Shown: in pieces, positions 1 to 12,205 of the stretch
Position numbering within the stretch: the first letter of the stretch is position 1
How the letters are laid out: each line of letters begins with the position of its first letter
Source of the DNA: Azolla caroliniana
Taxonomy: Eukaryota; Plantae; Polypodiophyta
Reading direction: 5' to 3'
DNA length: 64,000 nt
Assembly (NCBI GenBank): GCA_043228905.1
Contig: JBHGNT010000007.1
Coordinates: 10,416,001-10,480,000, forward strand
Translations under genes and position numbers: made by a program
The notes under the pieces: model-generated
The model's input: only the letters and a program-made list of their open reading frames with translations
What the model was told of the DNA's origin: nothing
The model's database searches: none

Positions 1-2437
1 TAGAACATGCTCTGCATCCGGAAATCTCCGGGGGGCCCTTCTTCTCTCTGAGAGGATATCTCCGTCTTTGGGCTTCGGTAGCCGGCTCCTCCATTTGCTC
101 TTCATCCAAATCCGATTCGGGGTCTTGGCCGGTTCCGGTTTCTGCTTCCTCTACTTCTTCTTCAGCCTGTTCGGTATCCTCACCGTAACCGGCTGGTTCC
201 TCGAGTGCTAACCGGTCTCTTGCCGGTTGGGTCCGCTCATCGTAGACTCGATCCTTACCAGTCGACTCGGAGTTCATTATCTTCTTCTCCGACTCCCAGT
301 CGGCAAGCGTCTTGTCCTCCATGAAGATAATATCTCGACTCCGGAATACCTTCTTGTCGACCGGGTCCCACACTCGGTAGCCAAACTCGTCGTCACCGTA
401 ACCGAGGAATATGCATGGCCGGGTCTTTGGATCTAACTTTCCTCTCCGGTCCTTAGCTACATGCATGTACGCGAGACACCCGAACACCTTCAGATGCCGG
501 TAGGATACTTCCTTACCGGTCCACACTCTCTGTGGCGTGTCTCCGTCCAAGGGTACTGAGGGTGATCTATTTATCACATATGTCGCCGTCGACAGTGCCT
601 CAGCCCAAAACTTCTTGGGTAGTTTTGCATGCGCTAGCATACTCCGGACCCTCTCCATTATGGTCCGGTTCATCCTCTCGGCCAGTCCGTTTAGTTCCGG
701 CGTCTTCGGCACGGTAAATTCGAGCCGGATTCCCTTCGAGCAGCAGTACTCCTCGAACTGCCCCCGGTATTCTCCTCCATTATCTGCTCGAACCGCCTTC
801 AGCTTCCGGCCGGTTTCTCTTTCCACTCTCACGTGGAGCTCTTTGAAGACGGATAATACCTGATCCTTCGTCTTCAACGGTGTGGCCCACAGCTTCCGGC
901 TGTGGTCATCTATGAACGTCACGAAGTACTGCGCTCCGGCATGTGACTTCGTGTCTACTTGACACACGTCCGTATGCACCAACTCCAGTGGTGCATTACG
1001 TCTCATCGGTGGCCTTGGTCGGAAGGAGGTCCAGTTCTGCTTACCGGCCAGACAATCAGTGCACTTCTCCAAGTGCACGTTCTTCACTGGAATGAGGTTG
1101 TCTTCTGCAAGCCTCTTCATCCCCTTCTCGCTCATGTGACACAGCCTCTTGTGCCATAGCTCACCGGCAGTGTCGGATGCCACGTTCACTTCCTCCGGAC
1201 CTAACCGGGCATTCATCAGGTATAGTGTGTTTACCTTCCGGGCCCGAGCCACAATCAGGCTCCCTTTGCTGAACTTCATGACGCCGTTCCGGATGCTACC
1301 CATGTAGCCCTCATCATCTAGCCGACCGGCTGATATCAGGTTCAGTCGAACCTCCGGAACGTGTCGGACATTCTTCAGCAGCAACTTGCATCCGGTTGGT
1401 GTCAACAACCACACGTCTCCTATGCCGACAATTCGGCATGTACCCTCATTCCCCATCCGGACACAGCCGTGATCACCAGCTGAGTAGGATGAGAAGCATT
1501 TATGGTCCGGGGTAAGGTGGAACGATGCTCCGGAGTCTACCACCCAGGTCATCTCGTCGTCGGCAAGGTTTATCTCACTCTCCTCGGTGATGAGCATCAA
1601 CTCTTCTTCACTTGCCGCGATTGCCGTCGTTCCCTTCCGGTCCGGCCCCCTTCGGTCTTTACCGTTCCGGTCTGGGGTCCGCTTTGAATCGGTACCGTCG
1701 GTCTCCTTATCTTTTCGGAAATGCCGACAGTTCTTTTGGAAGTGTCCCGGCTTGCCGCAATAGAAGCAGGTAGGTCTTCCCCTTGACTTTGACCGTGTCC
1801 CCGACTTCTCCCGGTTCTGGGGACTATGGTTTCTATGTCTTCCTCGTTCCGATTCGGTAAGGAGCGCTTTGGAGTCGGAGCTTGTATCTTTGTCTTTCCG
1901 ACACGCCTCCTCGTCTAGCAAGCTCGACTTTACTCTTGCTAGGGATAAACGTCTCCCAGCTATCTGGGAGGGAACCGAGCAGGAGTAGCGCTAGTACCTT
2001 ATCCGCGAGAGGTACTTCCAATGACGTTGCCTGGTGTATCAGCCCCTGGAAGGCATTCATGTGCTCCGCCATGCTGGAGCCATCTTGGTACCGGAGTCTT
2101 ACTAGCTTCCGGAATACCGACACCTGATTGACAATATTTTTGTTCTGAAACATTATGCCGATCTTCTCCCAGAGCTCATGAGCCTTGCTCTCTTCATTGA
2201 AGTTGTTGTACAGGCTCATGTCGATGAAGCACCGTATGTACGCCGTTGTCTTCATGTGCATCACCTCCCATATCGCGGCGTCGATTTTGTCCGGTCTCTT
2301 GTCCCCGAACTGAACCGGCAGCCAGAGGTCTTTAACCACAAACATGTCCCTCATCTTCGACATCCATACCGAATAGTTGGAGCCGGTGAGCTTGAACATG
2401 CTGCCAAACGATTCGTCCATATTTCTGTGTTGATTTT

Positions 2438-2449
2438 GCTCTGATACCA
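2438..2449 (-). promoter_or_regulatory. Primer-binding site (tRNA-iMet) of Copia-1
   Basis: Reverse complement reads TGGTATCAGAGC, 2 nt from the LTR end. Confidence 0.92.
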
Positions 2450-2451
2450 CT

Positions 2452-3278
2452 TGACGGGAATTGGTCGTTCCTTATGCACAACGCTCGGCCACAACCAAGC
2501 TTAGAATGATACACAGAAAAATATGGGAAATAAAACACGACAAGGAGAAGAGGAATATACACAGGAGGTTTACGTGGAAAACCCCAAACTAGGGGAAAAA
2601 CCACGGCAGCCCACAGGCTGCAAACTGTCACTATGTAAGAATGTACAAAACAGTGAGTTCACAGAGGCAACGACCTCTTGCTCACGATCTTCGCCACAGG
2701 CGGCGATTACAACAGAGGCAGCGACCTCTTCCTCTCTCTCTCTATACAGTTACGCACACACTCTATTCTTGCACCAACAAGAATGACAACTACTACTAAA
2801 AGTTTGCCCTAAGTCATATTTATACTAATATGACTTTTCAGCTATTTACAAATATAGCCTCGATGGACTCTCAGAAACATATTTACGAATATGTCTCTTC
2901 ATCCGGTTCTCACCGGGTCTGCACCATCCGGTTTCGGCCTCGGTCTCGGCCTCGGCTGAGTACTCCTCATCCGGTCTTCACCGGGTCTATATCATCCGGC
3001 TTCGGCCAAGGCCGAGGCCGAGGCCGAGTACTCCTCATCCGGTCTTCACCGGGTCTGCATCATCCGGCTCTCCGTAGCCGGGTACTCCTCATCCGGTTCA
3101 TACCGGGTCTGCACCATCCGGCCCTCCGTATCCGGGTACTCCTCATCCGGTCTTCACCGAGTCTGCATCATTCAGCTCTCCGTAGCCGAGTACTCCTCAT
3201 ACGGTTTCGGCCTTGGCCGAGTTTGTTCATCGGCACTGTTCTTCTCCCTTCCCATCCGGAGGGACCTGTCTCCCAACA
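2452..3278 (-). repeat. 5' LTR of Copia-1 with internal ~54-bp CCGG-rich tandem repeats (~2900-3200)
   Basis: Minus strand TGTTGGGAGACAGGTCCCTCC...CA; the start matches related LTR fragments at 18987(-) and 63505(+); GTACTCCTCAT recurs at ~2960, 3027, 3081, 3136, 3189. Confidence 0.85.
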
Positions 3279-4938
3279 GGTCCTTCTGTTGCCGGAGTTC
3301 TTCTTGGAGCCGCTCAATCTCGACATCCGTCGATCGCCAGTGTTTGTCCTTTTCTTGCAACAACTTTTCTTTTTCTTCCTTCAATCGGTCATATGCTTGA
3401 TGACCCTTCCGTAGATTGTCCTCGGCTTTTCGGAGGTTCTCTACCGTTTTCCGTTGTTCCTCCTTCGCCGCCTTCTTCAGGTCTCATTCTCTAGCCCTTA
3501 AGGCCTCTTGGGTTGCTAATTCCTCTATGAGAGTGGCGAGTTCTTGTTCTTGTGCCTTATTTGTATTCGGTGCTATTTCAGTTACCGACGTCTTATTGGT
3601 ATGTACATTCACCGGAGCCACCGGTTCTGGTAGTATTGGTCCTTCTATGAGCTGCTTAGCTGCCTTTGCTTTGGCCTACGCAATTCCTTCTTCCATGCTC
3701 CGGATCCTCGACCAGGCCTTCTCAAGTTCTTCGGTTGTGGCGAACAACCGGTCCCCCTGTGCTCTCTCCTCCATTTCTATTTGGAACACGACCCCAGCCA
3801 CCTGTTCGCCGATCCACCATAGCCATTGACTATCGGTGCCTTGTTGTCGTGCCGGTTCTGGTTGTGTCGTGGCCTCTATTCTCGCCGGAAGCCCTTTTTG
3901 GATTGTTGCCTGTAGCGACAACTCCTGCTCTTGTTGTGCCTGCTGCCACAGTGAGGTAGGCAATTCGATTATTGGTTCTTGGACCCTTGGCACTGTTGCT
4001 TCTTGTCGCACAGGTAACTCTTTCATTGGTTCTGGTTGAACTGGTTCCACCTCCTTCCTTGGCTCCGTTCCCTCGGAACGGGGTGTCGGTGCGCTATCCT
4101 TCACCGGACCCGATTTGTCCCCCTCTGCTCCACGTCGCTACGCTTCTGGTGACGTAGAAGGTTATTGGCAGGGTCTTCCTCCGCCTCCTCCTCTTGGGTT
4201 CTGATATTGATCTTCGTTTCCATCGGGTCAGGCTCTTGTTCCTGTCAACGTAGCTTGATTTTAAGAGGCCTTACTGGTGGCTCCACCGGTGTCTCTGTCT
4301 CTGCTTGTCTCTTCCAGCTAGGCGGTTCTTTCCCTTTCTACGAGGTACTGCCCTCTTTCCATTCGGGCGTGTGCTTGGCCAAGAGTTGTTGTCGTTTTGA
4401 AGGTTTCTTGGGCGTGGTCTCCGTTACTCGAACCCGCTTCTTAGTCTTTATCGGCTCCACCGGGGGCGCCAAGAGAGTCAGCCATTGAGCCATGACCGTC
4501 CATACTTTCTTGCCATTCTGCACTAATTCTATCACTGTCCGCAAGCAATCGGAAATGATTACCGGCCAATCCACTTGCACCCCTGTGTATGTAGCAATGA
4601 GGAAACCGGCGTTGTTCTTTGGCAATGCCGGGGGTCGGTAGTACACGAACCCATACTCGAGGAGGACACGAGCCACTTCTCTGAACAGGGGGTCCTCGCT
4701 GCCCTGTGTTCGGTGAGCCTTGCTAGCGAGGGAATAGAAGGGTTCTCGATGGAGTAGACCCTTTCGGCAATCCGATTAGAGCGTTGATGGTTTCCTCCGT
4801 TATGACTTCCGTGTCAATTTTATGCACGACTTCTTCTGCTTCGTCGTGCAGTGGTGCCTCTGCTATCCTTAGGAAGCCTCCCCACCCATGTTGGTTGAAC
4901 CACTTCTTGGTTGTTTCGGAAAGTGTTGTAGGTTCCAT
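3279..4938 (-). pseudogene. Extra ORF downstream of integrase (env-position accessory gene, charged/coiled-coil C-terminus), disrupted
   Basis: Same-strand ORF pieces 5124-4723, 4676-4338, 4104-3676, 3384-3279 (MEPTTLSETTKKWFNQHGWGGFL..., GVQVDWPVIISDCL, EELEKAWSRIRSMEEG); cut by Copia-1 at 3278. Confidence 0.65.
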
Positions 4939-5845
4939 CTCGTTGTCTGGTTCTACGGGGGTAGGTAGGGCCGATGTGCTTGTATGTGCTTCTTGCGTCT
5001 GTCTGCTCACTTGTATTGTCCTTTGTGCACTCAATGCTCTGTGTTCGCGAAATGAGAGAGACTTTGTGAGGTAGAGGTTTCGTGTTCCCATGCTTGGCGC
5101 CTTTCTCGATTCCCGTGCATGCACGTCGTGTACTATAATAGCAATTGTATGACACGTGGTGCGTTTTAACTAGCCAACTGCACGCCTTTTTGAGGTGTTC
5201 GTTCGCTCCTCACCTCTGCATGATGATCTCTTTTTATTTTTCTTTATTTTTCTGTTTTCTTTTTTATTACTTCCTGTTACTCGGTAACCCTAGCTTCCTT
5301 GTCTGTTTTTCTTCATGGTTGCCGGCCAACTGCTTGCCGCTGCCTATTTTCGCATTGTTCTCCGGTTGATGAAACGGGTTTTGTGGCATGGGTCCATAAT
5401 ATGGTTTAAGTCGGAACCCATTTACCCACTTGTCCAACACCTCGCTGGCTAGCGTTCCCAACTGATATGAGCCCTTGAACTCTCGTGTTATCCAATATGG
5501 TCCAGTCCACTGGCATCTTACCCATTTGGGTCTGGAACACTAGTACCAGCTTGCCGATTCCAAACATCTTCTCGTTACCCTTCTGGTGGCGGTCGACAAA
5601 TGCTTTCCTTCGTCGTTGCTTGAGTTCCACCTGCATTAGGCTCGCTATTCAATGCTCCTCCAGCTTGCATAGTGTTGCTAACCGGATTTTTTCCGACTCC
5701 TTCTCGCTCAGCCACTTCCGGATTTGTATCCGTAAGCTTGGAATTTGGAATTCTATTGGCATCACCGCTTCGAGACCAAACGCTAACTGGAATGGTGTTG
5801 TCCGGATACTTTTCTTGTATGTCGTCCGGTAAGCCCATAACGCGC

Positions 5846-6467
5846 TGTCGTGAAGAAACCCGTCCACAAGCGGAATCGGTGCACAGGAGCGTAGGAACCG
5901 GCTCTTCTAGAATGTTGTCCATAGGAGATCCTAGGTAGGAAGTTAGTGGGAAACGGCTCCTTCCTTGCCTATAAAAGGAGGGAGACGAGGAGGGGAGAGG
6001 GATCGTGGAGAGTCGAGGACAAAGTGTTGTCGGTTTGTGTGCGAAGGCTTCTCTCTCTCTCTCTGGTTCGCAAACTCCATAGCTTCCTTCTGTGCAGGTT
6101 TCGGGAGGCTCGCGCTGCTCTGAGGAATGCTCGAGTGCTTCCGGCAGCACCTCCAACCTGCTCCTGTCTTTCTGTGCGTTTACGAACAGGCATCGGCATC
6201 TGTTCGCCGGCCTGTTCGGTTGTAACCGACTTCGTGTTTTTGTTGCTTCCGTGTTTTGTTGTTTGTCTCTGTTTAATATATACATACATTCCTTCGTGTC
6301 TCTCTGTGTTGGTTTCCCGCTCGCGTCTTCGTGTCGAAGGGCCGTGTCCCTGTGGATCTACGCTCGCACCTAGTGGGTCTCTTCCCTTCTCCTTTCTCTC
6401 TTGCTCTTTGGTACAAGACCCCCGAGGTCCCGCCTCATTCCACGCATCCGCGAGGAATACCTCGACA
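5846..6467 (+). repeat. 5' LTR of Trp-primed Gypsy
   Basis: Direct repeat of 12206-12827; TATAAAA near 5970. Confidence 0.96.
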
Positions 6468-6471
6468 TCTT

Positions 6472-6489
6472 TGGTGAACCCGACGTGAA
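6472..6489 (+). promoter_or_regulatory. PBS complementary to tRNA-Trp
   Basis: TGGTGAACCCGACGTGAA, matching the 3' end of plant tRNA-Trp (…TTCACGTCGGGTTCA-CCA) as recalled; 4 nt after the LTR. Confidence 0.88.
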
Positions 6490-6511
6490 AGAGGCGGCAG
6501 AAGAGCAGAAG

Positions 6512-8638
6512 ATGAAAGGGTCGGATCTTGCAGAGGCCATGGCTTCGGCCGTGGATCGGATATTGAGCGCACGCGAGGGCTCCGGCGCCCTCGACAGAGC
6601 CATTGAGGCGGTCGTTGGTACGATCGGCCGGTTCAGCGGAAAGGATGCCACGAAGTATTTGGCGTCCTACGGAGCAGAAATGTTGATGCGGGACATTCCG
6701 GAAGAGAGGCGTCTTGCCGAGTTCCCTCTAGTGGCGATGCCGAGCATCCATGCAGAGGTGCTCGAGGTACGGGCGGAGAGCCGTACCTGGGAGGAGTTCG
6801 AAGGCCGACTCCTAGAAAAATACGGGTTGGACGACGCGCTCCGGCTTTCGAAACGGGACTTCGTGGAATGGGTGGAGTCACCCGGCAAGGGAAGAAACGC
6901 GTCGGCACTCCTCCCGGAGTTTGAAGAACGCTTTGCGCGCCTTTCGGCGCTTGACCGAACCATTCTGGATACGAGCCGGGTCCTACTGTTCGTCAAGTCG
7001 GTGGACGAGCGGGACCGGGATCAAGTCGGCTCCTTGCTGGAGACCGAAGACGGGCTGACGACCGACTGGGCTGCGGTTAAGAGAGTCTATGGCCGTTTCG
7101 ACAAACGGCGAGAATGGGTTGACAACGGGGCGGCTGGTGCGGGCTCTGTCACAACAAGGAGGCTTGAACCGGCACCGCAAGGGCGAAGGGAAGAAACCCA
7201 GGAATGGCTTGAAACCGGTCCGGCTTCGACCGGCATGGTCAGTAGCTCGTCCGAAGGAGCAGCGCTAGAGGAGTTGACGCGGGCGATAAAGGATCTCCAG
7301 ATCGCCCAAACTCGAAGGGAAGGCGGCGAACCGGCTCATGACCGACGGCCGGTAGCAGGGAACAGGTGCATGTGGTGCGACGAGGTCAGCCACATCCGGA
7401 AGGACTGCGGCGATTTCGCAGAAGCGTTGAGGAACCGGGTGGTGTACCTATGGGAAGGCCGGGTGCACGCCGGTGACACCAGAAGGGCCCTAAACCGAAA
7501 CGACGGGCGAGGAGGAATGAAGAGACTGATGGAAGAGGCAGCGGCCCGACACGTGGAGGCCATCCACTACTCGGCGTCGGACGGCATTCGGGTTGGGGGC
7601 AGCGAGGCCCGAAAGGAGGGCAAAGACGGATTCTGGTCGGCAATGCTGGAAGGTCTTGCCGGCGCACGGCTAAGGAAAGATGAAACGGACCGCGCTGAGA
7701 GACGGGTCCGGGAAGTAACCGGGTGGAGCGACCCGGTCAAGGAGAAGACGGGCTTCGTAGAAGCCGCCTGCCGGAACTACGAGGCTCTGGTAGAAGACAA
7801 ACGAGTGGGGAAAGCCGGAGCGGCCGGGCCCTCACAACGGTACGAGACCCGATTCGGGCAGCGACGGAACGATGCCGGTGGGTCCAGCTCGCAAGATAAC
7901 CCCAGGAAGGGCGGATACCGACTGGGGACGGAAATAGAAAGGACTACGGACCTACGAAAGGTCCTAGAAGAACGGATCCTCGACAGCAAAGTGGAGTTGT
8001 CATTGCGAGAGGTGTTAGGGATCGCCAAGAAGGAGTTCCACGACTCCATTGTGGACTTGGTGAAGCGGAAGAGGCTGTCGACGGAGACGGAACCGGAGAG
8101 ACCGGTGGAGGTGCGGACGACGCACATCGACGACTCGGCGCTGGCAGATGAGTGGGCGGAGAGCCACTATTCAAGGCCGCACTGGGCCCGAGCGACCACG
8201 GAGACCCCGGTAAAGATCGGAGATGTTCAAGAACCGGTGGTGGCATTGGTGGACCACGGTTCGGAAATAAACCTGATGTCCATGGACTTCTATAAGAAGG
8301 GGAAGTGGCCGATCAACACCAAGTACGGGTGGAAGATCCGGGCGGCGACGCGCGCCACAGAGGAACTGCACGGGGCCTACCCGAACGTGCGAGTCAAGAT
8401 CGGCGACATCGAGATTGACCAGCACTTCTTCGTACAGGAGACGTCCTCGCACCCGGTCATATTAGGGGAACCATACATCACGGCGGCGCGAATGGAGACC
8501 AAGGTGATGGACAACGGTTCGGCCTACACGAGGGTCAAAAGCCAGGACAGGCGCCATTCGGTCCAATTTCTGACGGTGCGACCAAACCACGAACGGAACC
8601 GCGAATCCCTCGGTGGCGAGAACCGGGAGGATTTTTAG
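6512..8638 (+). CDS. Gag-protease polyprotein (ORF1), uninterrupted
   Basis: ORF 6401-8638, first ATG after the PBS at 6512; zinc knuckle CMWCDEVSHIRKDC; aspartic protease ALVDHGSEINLM...VILGEPY. Confidence 0.88.
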   Translation: MKGSDLAEAMASAVDRILSAREGSGALDRAIEAVVGTIGRFSGKDATKYLASYGAEMLMRDIPEERRLAEFPLVAMPSIHAEVLEVRAESRTWEEFEGRLLEKYGLDDALRLSKRDFVEWVESPGKGRNASALLPEFEERFARLSALDRTILDTSRVLLFVKSVDERDRDQVGSLLETEDGLTTDWAAVKRVYGRFDKRREWVDNGAAGAGSVTTRRLEPAPQGRREETQEWLETGPASTGMVSSSSEGAALEELTRAIKDLQIAQTRREGGEPAHDRRPVAGNRCMWCDEVSHIRKDCGDFAEALRNRVVYLWEGRVHAGDTRRALNRNDGRGGMKRLMEEAAARHVEAIHYSASDGIRVGGSEARKEGKDGFWSAMLEGLAGARLRKDETDRAERRVREVTGWSDPVKEKTGFVEAACRNYEALVEDKRVGKAGAAGPSQRYETRFGQRRNDAGGSSSQDNPRKGGYRLGTEIERTTDLRKVLEERILDSKVELSLREVLGIAKKEFHDSIVDLVKRKRLSTETEPERPVEVRTTHIDDSALADEWAESHYSRPHWARATTETPVKIGDVQEPVVALVDHGSEINLMSMDFYKKGKWPINTKYGWKIRAATRATEELHGAYPNVRVKIGDIEIDQHFFVQETSSHPVILGEPYITAARMETKVMDNGSAYTRVKSQDRRHSVQFLTVRPNHERNRESLGGENREDF

Positions 8639-8694
8639 AGAGGGCTGCCAAGGCGTGGGGCCGAGACAGTCCGGACACTCAGGAAAGACCCCAC
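8629..8694 (+). promoter_or_regulatory. Putative -1 programmed ribosomal frameshift signal (G_GAT_TTT plus predicted pseudoknot)
   Basis: Heptamer 8629-8635 directly before the ORF1 TAG; the -1 frame is open from here into pol; stems 8642-8647/8667-8672 and 8655-8660/8689-8694. Confidence 0.75.
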
Positions 8695-11600
8695 AGCTGT
8701 ACGATAGAACCGAAACCGAAGAAACCTTATACGATAGGTAGAAAGTTTTGCTTCTCCAACGACGGAGGGTGTATGATAGTCGGCATCGTTGGCCGAGAGA
8801 AGGCAAGGGCGGAAGAGCGACTTCGAGCGTGCGGAGTTCTCGGCCTGGACGAGGAAATCAACGGAGCCGTGGAGGCGGTCTCCTTCGACAACACCTTGGG
8901 AATGCTGAGGAAGGTAGCCGGAGAAGGCCTTAACGAAGACCGGACGATACCAGTATGTTCCGAAGAGATGTACGAAGTCATCGCGAACTTCAGTCGGGGG
9001 CTCGGGTCGGATCGGACGGCCCGAGTTAGCACGAAGTACAAGACTGTGGACCGGAAGGTAAGGCCAGTCGTGGCACCCTTACCGGAGGGCAGCGAGTCCC
9101 GAATCAGAGGGGTTGCGTCGGACCCCAGTTTACGAGATCCGGCCTGCATAGGACACACCTTCACCGACGGGACGCTCCGGGAGCTCAAAATCGGTGGGGG
9201 CGGGTTCCTACTACAGGCGGAGGAAGACCGGTTTCAGAGAATGCTCAGAAGGCACGGGAAAGCCTTCGCATTCTCACCAGAAGAGATCGGGTGCGTAGAC
9301 CCGACGATCGTGGAACCGATGGTGATATTCACGGTACCGCATGTGCCGTGGAATCTCAAGCCGATTCCGGTACCGAGAGCTCACATCCCGAAGTTAATGG
9401 AGCTATTGAGGCAAAAAGTAGATATGGGCATTCTCGAACCGTCAAGTGCCCCATACTCGAACCGATGGTTTACCGTACCAAAGAAAAACGGAACGATGCG
9501 CTTCATTCAAGACTTGTAGCCGGTCAACAGAGTGACCATTCGGAACGCAGGAATCGGACCGACCATAGACGAGTTCGCGGAGGCCTTCGCCGGAAGGTCG
9601 ATTTACTCGGTCGGTGATCTATACTCAGGGTACGACCAGTTCCAGCTAGCCATGGAGAGCAGAGACATTACGACGATGCGAACTCTCCTCGGCCTAGTGC
9701 GAATGTGTACCCTGCCACAAGGAGGGACCAACTCGGTGGCCCACATGGTGAATGCAATGAACAAGGTACTGAGGGATTGCATCCCGGACATCACCATGCC
9801 ATTTCTGGATGACATCCCGATAAAGGGGTGCCCGGTGGAAGAGAAGGACGAGACAGTCGGGCCGGACGGATGCCGGCGATTCGTGGCAACACACATCGAC
9901 GACTGCGAGAAGGTGCTACAAAGGCTAGAGGATGCGAGGCTCACCTTCTCCGGGGAGAAATCGGCCTTCGGGCAATCAGAAATCCTGGTGGTCGGACACC
10001 TATGTGGACCGTATGGCCGGAAGCCATCTCCGGCAAAAGTAGAAGCCATCTCCGCGATGAAGACCGACTGTAGCTCGGTTACGGAAGTTCGGAGGTTCCT
10101 GGGGGCATGCGCATTCTACCATATATGGACCCCGCATTACGCCCACGTTGCGGAGCCGCTATACGGGTTGCTGAAGAAAGGGCAAAAATTCGAGTGGCGA
10201 GACGAGCACACGGAGTTGGTCCGGAAGCTGAAGGAAGCTCTTGCGGCAGCACCGGCGCTCCGGAAGGCTGTCTACGGGAAGGGTACCCCGGTATACATAA
10301 CGGTGGATACGAGCCCGACCGGAATCGGATGGGTCGTCAATCAAGAAGACAAGGACAGCATTCGGTTCCCGATCCGATTCGGCGCGAAGGTCCTCAGTGA
10401 GCGACAGCGAGGGTACGCCCAGGTTAAGCGCGAGCTCTAGGGTATCGTTTCGGCAGTAAAGGCCGACAAAGACTACTTGATCGGGACGGAAGTGATTATC
10501 AAGACGGATTGCCTGCCAATTCTCGGCATGGTTTCCGGATGCGCGACACCGGACCTGGCAATGCTCAGGTGGATAGCGTACATCAAGTCCCTGGACCCGG
10601 AAATACGGCACATTTCCGGAAAGGACAACGCCATGGCCGACATGCTTTCGAGGGCGAGGTTTAATGACGAGGGCGGCATGGTTTCGGAGGACGAAGAAGT
10701 CAGCGTGGACTTTATCGAGGCGGCGTACGTGACGACCGATGGGACGAGCACTCCGGCACTTAACGACTTCGACGAGAGGAAGTACGACGGCGAGTGGCTC
10801 CAGATCGGCGGGTTTTTGAGGACAATGACGCCGGATGCGTCATGGACGAGGGACGAGGCCAACCGGATCCGGAAGAAAGCATACCGATTCTTTCTCCGAG
10901 ACGGATACTTATGGAAGCACCCGAAGAAGAGGAACGGCGTCCCGCTCCGGGTGGTGGCGATGAGGGAAGAACGGGAGGAGCTGCTGACGGCCTACCACGA
11001 CAGCCCTTGGGCTGGACACCGTGGAACGTGGGCCACGTTCGAGAAAATAAAGGAGAAGTACTGGTGGCCGGGACTGTACCGGGACGTGCATCGGTTCGTG
11101 ACAACTTGCGAGAGCTGTCAGATGCACTCCATAGTCCGACATCGGGACGAGCTTCACCCTACGTACCCTCCGACCATCCACTTCAAATGGATGGTAGACT
11201 TGGTGACGATGCCGATGGGAGTAGGACAGATGCGGTATCTAGTCCTGGCTCGGGAAGATCTTACGAACCAGGTAGAAGGCCGGGCCCTTCAGAACAAAAC
11301 GACTGCGGCCGTATGTCGATTCCTGATTGAGGACGTGATATGCCAGTACGGGTGCGTCGGGAAGATCGTGGCTGATCGCGGGGAGTTGGATGCCGAAGAG
11401 GCCGAGGAGTTGTTCGACCGGCTAGGAGTCAAGCTCTCGCTTACCACTACGTACAATCCGGAGGCGAATGGAAAGGTGGAGCGCGGACACGGACCGATCG
11501 TCAAGGCATTAGTTCGAGCATGCGGAGGTTAAGTCGGGAACTGGCCACGGCTGCTGCCTTACGCGTTGTGGGCGGACCGAACTACGCACAGTTCGGTAAC

Positions 11601-12132
11601 CCGATTCATGCCGGTAGAACTCATGTTTGGGCAGAAGCCGGTCATGCCGATGGAACGTACGATCTCCTCGTGGGCAACCGTGGAGTGGAGAGACGAGATG
11701 AGCTGGGAGGAACTGCTGGCGGCGCGTATACGACAGCTCGAGCGAAGACCGGAGGACGTGGAGCAAGCTGCGGAAAAGCTTCGGGAAGCAAGGATGAGGA
11801 ACAAAGCCCGGTTCGACCGAACGCACCGGCTTCGACCGAAGAAGATCGAGGAAGGCGACTGGGTGCTAGTCTACGACAGCAGCCTTGACAACCAGCACCG
11901 AGCGACACGGAAGTTCGCAAGAAGGTGGTTCGGGCCTTACGTGGTACAAAGCGCCAACGACAACGGGACGTACCATCTGGCGGAACTCGACGGTACGAGA
12001 ATGGCGATACCGGTAGCGGGGAAGCGGATCAAAGCGTTCAAGAAGCGTCATGACAACGAGCCGGATCCGGTTGACCTAGACCGCGACGACGAACGATCCG
12101 AAACCGAGGAAGAACCAACGGGCGGGGAATGA
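8632..12132 (+). pseudogene. Pol (RT-RNaseH-integrase), single frame with three nonsense codons
   Basis: ORFs 8773, 9532, 10477, 11566 share one frame; stops at 9517, 10438, 11530; RT PFLDDIPIKG, RH TVDTSPTGIG, IN HHCC, NPEANGKVER, GPY; no chromodomain. Confidence 0.92.
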
Positions 12133-12205
12133 AGGCTGGACCGGTTTTCTCCGTCCCAACTCGATTTGGCGCATGCCGGTGGATGCGCGGTTAGGTGGGG
12201 GCGGA

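Larger units (their letters stand above)
1..3278 (-). mobile_element. Ty1/Copia LTR retrotransposon (Copia-1), 5' part; runs off the left edge; inserted into the extra ORF of the Gypsy host
   Basis: Gag ORF 2450-1833 (KLTGSNYSVW...LLLGSLPDSWETF), CCHC knuckle ~1775-1730, protease WVVDSGASFH ~1548-1520, integrase-like sequence further left; tRNA-iMet PBS next to an LTR ending at 3278. Confidence 0.93.

Noticed and set aside
5575-6488. ORFs of 180-236 aa across the Gypsy LTR (and 12076-12881)
   Set aside because: They lie in LTR sequence, cross element boundaries and show no recognisable domain.
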